Source of the DNA: an uncultured archaeon
GTDB taxonomy: Archaea > Thermoproteota > Bathyarchaeia > Bathyarchaeales > Bathycorpusculaceae
Reading direction: 5' to 3'
Assembly: GCA_963782915.1 (NCBI GenBank)
Contig: CAWALK010000012.1
Span: 1-64,000, forward strand
Length of the DNA: 64,000 nt
The first letter of the stretch is position 1. Every line of letters starts with the position of its first letter. The position numbers and the translations under genes were made by a program. A model generated the notes under the pieces. That model did not search any database. It worked only from the letters and a program-made list of their open reading frames with translations, and was not told where the DNA came from. Below, in pieces: positions 61,359 through 64,000 of this stretch.

Positions 61359-62261
61359 CTATTTGTAGAGTTTTTCCCAGCGGGCGAACAATTCCAAAAC
61401 GTCGTCGCCGTTGTGGTCCTTGAGGAACTCACGTGTTTCTTTGTCTGCGGCGGCTTCTTTCTGGAATTTCTGGATGTATTCAGCTTTTTCTGCTAGGAAG
61501 ATGATGCCGTCTACGCCTTGTCTTGCGACGCGGGTTGCTACTGTCATGATTTGTTTTGTCGGTGCAACTGTGTCCCATGTTTCGTTTGGTCCGCGGACAT
61601 AGAAGTTTACCATGACTGGCTTCTTTAGGAAGCTCTTGTAGCCTCTTGCGATGGTTTCCCAGTACCAGGGTGTTGGGTATGCTTTGCTGAACATTGGAAT
61701 GACGAAGTAATCTGCGTATTGTGCCATTGCTTCGAAGTCATAGCCAAAGCGTTCTTTGCCCATCAATGGGTCTGGTAGGCAGTTTACGAAGAGTGGTTTA
61801 CCTTGGACGACTTCTTTAACTTCTGCTAGGAAGTCAGTTACTACTTTTGCTCTCCATTCAACCCATTTGAGGCCGCTTTTGCGTTGCTGCTCGATGCATC
61901 TTGGGCAGGTGCAGAAGCCTTGGTCTGCGAAGTGTTGGCTGCTGATGCTGATTCCTGGGCTGATTTTGGCTGTTTCAGCGATGATTTTGAGGTTGTATTC
62001 TCTTGCTTCTGGGTTAGTCATGCAGACTACGTCCCAGCGGAGGTTATAGTGCTTGTTTGTACGGAGTGCTGGACCGTATGAGCTTGTGGATACCCAGTCT
62101 GGGCGTTTTGCTGCCATGTTATTGTCGCCGAAGACTGCGATGTTAGTGTACATTTTAGGGTTAGCTTTACCGACTATGCCGGATTCAGATTTCTGTCGGT
62201 AGAAGTTATAGTCGACGCCTTCAACAGGCTCAGGTTGGTATAGGAATACGCCGAATTTCAA
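61359..62261 (-). CDS. Conserved-looking hypothetical protein, possibly glycoside-hydrolase-like TIM barrel
   Basis: RPDWV, CMTNPE, FCTCPRC, EWRAKVVTDF, RFGYDF, IPMFS; TTG start at 62261. Confidence 0.65.
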   Translation of the reverse strand: MKFGVFLYQPEPVEGVDYNFYRQKSESGIVGKANPKMYTNIAVFGDNNMAAKRPDWVSTSSYGPALRTNKHYNLRWDVVCMTNPEAREYNLKIIAETAKISPGISISSQHFADQGFCTCPRCIEQQRKSGLKWVEWRAKVVTDFLAEVKEVVQGKPLFVNCLPDPLMGKERFGYDFEAMAQYADYFVIPMFSKAYPTPWYWETIARGYKSFLKKPVMVNFYVRGPNETWDTVAPTKQIMTVATRVARQGVDGIIFLAEKAEYIQKFQKEAAADKETREFLKDHNGDDVLELFARWEKLYK

Positions 62262-62400
62262 GTTTAATACACCATTTATGATTTTGTTCAAAACATGATT
62301 CTGCAACCTTATTAAGTCTTCGCAGGATGTCTCTGTTAGGTTGTTTTTTATTTTTTGGGTTGCTGGTTTGTTTATTTTGTGTTAACTTCAACTTTTAGGC

Positions 62401-62581
62401 GTTTTTTCTCTCTTTATGTGGGTATGGCGAGTTTTAATTTTCCACAAGACTGTTGGGGAAGGCGACTGCTTTTGTGGTTTGCAACGGTTTTTGGCGCCTG
62501 TTTCGGTGTGGGGTAGAGTTTTCCTTCACACGCGATACATGATTCCATGTTGAAGCAGTCGCGGTGTGGATGTGGAAGCAT
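62401..62581 (-). repeat. Dispersed CCACATCCACAC element, copy C (inverted)
   Basis: Reverse complement aligns with 56691-56865 along its length. Confidence 0.85.
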
Positions 62582-62633
62582 GCACAGAGCGATTATTCTG
62601 CCACAGTTTATCAGGCAACAACAAGAAGGTGTC

Positions 62634-62671
62634 TGTTGCTCTGCCGACCTACCCCCTCCCTTATATATAGA
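62634..62671 (+). repeat. CCCCCTCCCTTATATATAGA motif family copy
   Basis: TGTTGCTCTGCCGAcctaCCCCCTCCCTTATATATAGA. Confidence 0.75.
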
Positions 62672-63059
62672 CTCAGTATCTGTTGGCTAAGCAATTGGGT
62701 GCATATGCATCTGTAAAGATGACCCTTATTCTGATAGGCGCTTGTTGGATGAGACTGATTTTTTGTGAGCATTTGCCGCAGTACTGCAAGCGGAAAAGAC
62801 AAACAGACGCAGATAAGCATCTACCGCGAAAGGTGAGTGTCCTAATTAGCCGAATGCCAAAAACAACAGTAGGCGAGTTGCAACTGGCAAAGCAACTTAT
62901 TTTCTTGGTTGATAACTCAGCGAAGTGTTCCTCTTCGCAAGCAAAGACTCTGTAATCACCTGCCAAGTTTAATCAAGAAAGCTTGACCTGTTAAAGTCAA
63001 GACTTGTATACAAGAAACTTTTAATTGCCTCAACTGTTAAATCGCTTGATGAGCAAAGA

Positions 63060-63974
63060 ATGCCCAGCAATCACTCGATCTTAGCTGCTGTTTTGTTCGT
63101 CGTCTTAGTCATGATGGTCGTCTCGCAGTCAATAGGCGATGCACAAGCCAATCCCTATATTAGGGAACGTAAAAGTGAAGGAACAATACCTGCACCGACT
63201 GGTACAGAACCGCCCACAATCACCGTCGTTACTCCGGTAAACCAAAGCGACAACTACGTCAACAACGTTTACCTTAATTTTACGGCTGCTATAGAAAACT
63301 CGAATAGCACATCATTCACCGTAACCGAGGTATCTTATAGAGGAAGCTGGCAAAAAATGAAAACAGAAATCGACCCCTTAACCATCTTCGCAAGAAACCT
63401 CCAAAGAGGTATCCGTGAGTGGCCTTCAAATTTTTCAGCTAATATAACCGATATTCCGCCGGGTCCACATTGGATAGAAATCACTGTAACCGTCACTACT
63501 GCAGCGTATGATACCCGAACCGAAATCGACGGAATTTTCTACACTCAGTACTTCATTAATTACGCCATAAGCAGTACATCGACTGTTTATTTCACAACTG
63601 GAGACATCCCGAGAATCCAATCTGTATCCGTGGAAAATAGGACTTTCATTTCACAGGATGTACCGTTAACTGTTATGTTTGAAAAGAAAGTCAAGGAAGC
63701 ATATTATAATCTGGATAATAGGGGCAATGTAAGCTTCAGCGGTAACACCACACTGATTGGGTTGGAAAATGGGTGGCACAACGTGACTGTTTATTCAACC
63801 AATGACGGTGGTTTTGCTGGAGTCCCAAAAACTGTGTGCTTTAACGTTGAGGTGCCGCTATCGTTTTGGCCTGTAGTGGCAGTTTTTATTTTGATTATTT
63901 CGGTTATAGTGACGGTTGTGTGGTTTTTTAGGTTTTACCTTAGTAATGAGGCAAAAGAGAGGTCTAAGGATTAA
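63060..63974 (+). CDS. Secreted protein with Ig-like domains and C-terminal TM
   Basis: Signal peptide (AQANP); YNLD..GLENGWHNVTVY domain shared with the Kelch proteins; TM. Confidence 0.85.
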   Translation: MPSNHSILAAVLFVVLVMMVVSQSIGDAQANPYIRERKSEGTIPAPTGTEPPTITVVTPVNQSDNYVNNVYLNFTAAIENSNSTSFTVTEVSYRGSWQKMKTEIDPLTIFARNLQRGIREWPSNFSANITDIPPGPHWIEITVTVTTAAYDTRTEIDGIFYTQYFINYAISSTSTVYFTTGDIPRIQSVSVENRTFISQDVPLTVMFEKKVKEAYYNLDNRGNVSFSGNTTLIGLENGWHNVTVYSTNDGGFAGVPKTVCFNVEVPLSFWPVVAVFILIISVIVTVVWFFRFYLSNEAKERSKD

Positions 63975-64000
63975 CTAAGGCTCAAATGTAGGTTACAACC

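Overview
Archaeal chromosomal window, most likely Bathyarchaeia (inferred from the archaeal ACDS cluster, ribosomal L35Ae, H4MPT-related genes, GGTGA ribosome-binding sites, many TTG starts and many surface proteins with C-terminal anchors). Many genes are split by single-base indels, which looks like uncorrected long-read error. From left to right: a urease/urea-transport/Amt/aquaporin/P-type H+-ATPase block; an Lrp-MBL-NifX unit; cooC-cdhABCDE; three tandem Kelch surface proteins sharing an operator; a purine locus (purF-purD-HAD-Ftr-like-PfkB, convergent with purM-S-L-Q); a solo TIR protein; tRNA-Gly(CCC); surface proteins; a GT-C/corrinoid/MtrH/B12-radical-SAM cluster; and rpl35Ae. Best candidate new system: an EhaR/EhaS/EhaT-like phosphatase-formyltransferase-kinase triad translationally coupled to purD, sitting where the missing GAR transformylase (PurN/PurT) would be. 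All family calls are motif recognition by eye; no searches were run.
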